This document shows positions 61,214-64,000 of a stretch of 64,000 nt of DNA, in pieces. The DNA is from Octopus sinensis (taxonomy: Eukaryota). The translations under genes and the position numbers were made by a program. Under the pieces are notes generated by a model, which had not been told where the DNA came from, did not search any database, and worked only from the letters and a program-made list of their open reading frames with translations. The stretch lies in NCBI RefSeq assembly GCF_006345805.1, contig NC_043003.1, positions 11,656,001 through 11,720,000 on the forward strand, written 5' to 3'. Each line of letters starts with the position of its first letter. Positions within the stretch are counted from its first letter, which is position 1.

Positions 61214-61528
61214 CTATAGCAATTGCTGCTTACACAGTTCTTCTTACCATTCATTTCTCCTGATTTCCATTTCCTTTTCACTTTTGTTGTTGTTGTTGCT
61301 GGTGCTGGTCTGAATAGTAGAAGTGTTGGTGCTAGTGGTGGTGGTGGTGGTGGTGTCGGCAGTGTATGTACCAGTGGTGGTGTCAATTTTAGTTGTAATA
61401 TTGATGGTGGTGTGTCAGCTGTGATGGTGGTGGTGGTGGTCACAGTGATATTGATGATGGTATTGCAACTGACTGCGCGAAGCTGACCGTGTGTGTGTGT
61501 GTGCGCGCGCGTGTATGTGTGTGTGTGG

Positions 61529-62075
61529 TTCTGAAGATTTTCAGTTTGTATCAGTCATCATCATCATCATCATCGTCATCATCATCGGGAGCTGCTTTTG
61601 TTCAGGAAGGCGTGGTTTTATCGAACACTATGGCTTTATGTATGTATGGATGTATATATGTATAAGCAAGGCTTGGGTCTGGGATGATGGGTGATGGGAG
61701 TCTGAATAGTGGAAAGGAGATGGAGTAGGCGGGGGTGTTGCAAAAGTATGAATGACAATGAGAGCATCTGTGTGTGTGTGTGTGTTCTGAAGATTTTCAG
61801 TTTGTATCACTGTCATCATCATCATCATCATCATCATCATCGTCATCATCATCGTCATCATCATCGTCATCATCATCGGGAGCTGCTTTTGTTCAGGAAG
61901 GCGTGGTTTTATCGAACACTATGGCTTTATGTATGTATGGATGTATATATGTATAAGCAAGGCTTGGGTCTGGGATGATGGGTGATGGAAGTCTGAATAG
62001 TGGAAAGGAGATGGAGTAGGCGGGGGTGTTGCAAAAGTATGAATGACAATGAGAGCATCTGTGTGTGTGTGTGTG
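61529..62075. repeat. Near-identical tandem duplication (256 and 291 bp) bounded by (GT)n
   Basis: ttctgaagattttcag at 61529 and 61785; both units end gagagcatct(gt)n. They differ mainly in (CAT)n length. Confidence 0.95.
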
Positions 62076-63004
62076 TTGATGTGACTGCAAGATCTGTGTA
62101 TTGAGGAAGACACCAAAAGAAAGGAACCAGGGAGCTACTAATGATGGTGAACTGATATTAAAGGGAAAATATATATTATTTAGTTCCCCGATGTTTGTCG
62201 ACTGACTCTCAGAATTAGTCATGGTTGGTGTTGTTTTTTAGCCCCAGGACAGCGCTAATCTAGCAGACCTATGATCAAAGGCATTCCAACTGGTTGAACT
62301 ACCATTATCATCTGTGTCTTTTTGTTTAAAACCATACAGTGTTGTTTGTGTGGTATTTGGCTGCTGTTTTTAGCCTATAGACCCCTTTGATTCCTGTTTC
62401 ATTTATGTAGACCCTCATAACCATTTAATATTTAAAAATAGTATTATATTTTTTTATGGAGATGTACTTGCATAGCAAGTGACCTGATCTGAGATCGTGT
62501 GCTAGAACGAAAACAATTGCAGCGTGGAAGTTGTTTACAAGTGGAAGGTGTTTACAAAAACCGTTAGATTCACTTCAACATTTAAATTTAATTTGCCAAA
62601 ATATTTTCGTCGCTTTGAGACCGCAACCTCTTCACTGACAAAAATCCGTGCTGCATCATTATATTTTGAGAATTAAGTATTAATAGGAATTATATATAAA
62701 AAAAAAATATTGAAATATTTTGTATAATGTAAAAGTGTAACTGGTTTATTGTACATAAATTTTAACATCAAAATCTTACATGGACTCTCAAGGATGATGT
62801 GAACCCCCCCCCCCCAAGGGTGATATTGGACCCTGGTTTTGAACCACTGAAAGGCTCAGAATTGGTAATGGTGTTCTGTGTTGGGTGGAGAGGAAAGGAG
62901 AAATAAAATAAAATGTGGTGTTTATCTTAAGGTTGCTTGGTCTGGTATGAAGTGACCAAGACAAAAGAGTAGACAACTCCATTACTAGAAAACAGAACCA
63001 GCAC

Positions 63005-63365
63005 ATTTGAGCATGATCATTACCAGCGTCGCCTTACTGGCACTTGTGCCGGTGGCATGTGAACAAAACATTCGAGCGAGGTCGTTGCCAGTGCCGCTGG
63101 ACTGACTCCTGTGCAGGTGGCACATAAAAAACACCATTTCGAGCATGGATGTTGCCAGTACCACCAGACTGGCCCTCATGCCGGTGGCACGTAAAAGCCC
63201 CCACTACACTCTCGGAGTGGTTAGCGTTAGGAAGGGCATCCAGCTGTAAAAACTCTGCCAGATCAGATTGGAGCCTGGCGCAGCCATCTGGTTCGCCAGT
63301 GCTCAGTCAAATCATCCAACCCATGCTAGCATGGAAAGTGCATGTTAAATGATGATGATGGTGAT
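63005..63365 (+). mobile_element. RTE-tail SINE-like family C
   Basis: ...gcgttaggaagggcatccagctg...catgctagcatggaaagtgcatgttaaatgatgatgatg. Confidence 0.8.
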
Positions 63366-63658
63366 GTAGTACACATGTTCTATTTTTGCTGGCCAAATTA
63401 ATTTAATACCTGCACTTTAGTGCAGAAAAATTTAACCTGGGCAAATTGAAGGTGAAACACTTCTGTCTTTCTCTTTGCTTCTCTCTACATGCAAATATTC
63501 TTCTATTGAGTTTGTTGTTGGATAGACTTGTGATCAAAACCTTGATATTTTTCCCCCTTAAAATCAAAGTTGATGGGGATTTGACTGTTATTTCTAGAAG
63601 GTCAAGCAACCATGTAGAGGCTCCCATGTTGAAGTTGTGTATGTTGTTACTCATGAAG

Positions 63659-63690
<32 letters not shown>

Positions 63691-63819
63691 CCTTGCATAA
63701 AATAAGACACGCAACACAGTATATTCCAAGCATTTCTGTCCAAATACCTTTTTTCTTTTCTTATTAACATAATTCAACAAACAAAACTCTCCATTGCTAT
63801 TTCAAGCCACATGCATTGT

Positions 63820-63915
63820 CCATTCACATTACCCATAATCCATCATCCAATTTACATTACCCATAATCCAGCATCCATTCATATTACCCATAATCCATCA
63901 TCCATTCACATCACA
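63820..63915. repeat. 27-28-bp minisatellite, about 3 copies
   Basis: (c/t)attacccataatcc at 63827, 63855 and 63882. Confidence 0.85.
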
Positions 63916-64000
63916 CGTGTTTACTTGGATAGCTGTCTCTTAAGCACACATTAGCCGATGTTTTCTCACCTCATTGGCTTCAGCACTTTCTCTTCACTTA

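Noticed and set aside
61180-61486. Pro/Thr-rich and Gly/Val-rich ORFs
   Set aside because: Derived from (GGT)n/(GTT)n/(CAT)n tracts.

Overview
AT-rich, microsatellite-dense animal genomic DNA. The repeat complement (tRNA-derived SINEs with (TA)n/(CA)n inserts, RTE-type (GAT)n tails) suggests Octopus or another coleoid cephalopod; this is an inference. One well-supported protein-coding gene lies on the + strand. Its large exon (8932-10434) encodes a TET/IDAX(CXXC4/5)-type CXXC zinc finger, a long Ser/Pro-rich region and an unrecognised C-terminal domain. A probable upstream exon (3741-3853) supplies an in-frame ATG, giving MESQLQ|IGVASLSM..., about 506 aa. A transposon-free putative 3' UTR follows. 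The rest is mobile-element debris: Tc1/mariner relics, piggyBac- and hAT-type MITEs, a non-autonomous Helitron, RLE-, CR1- and Penelope-like retroelement relics (two with degenerate minimal hammerhead ribozymes), at least four SINE-like families, satellites and several fold-back inverted repeats. Almost all ORFs in the supplied track are translations of microsatellites or repeats. Repeat boundaries were read by eye and are approximate unless terminal motifs are quoted.
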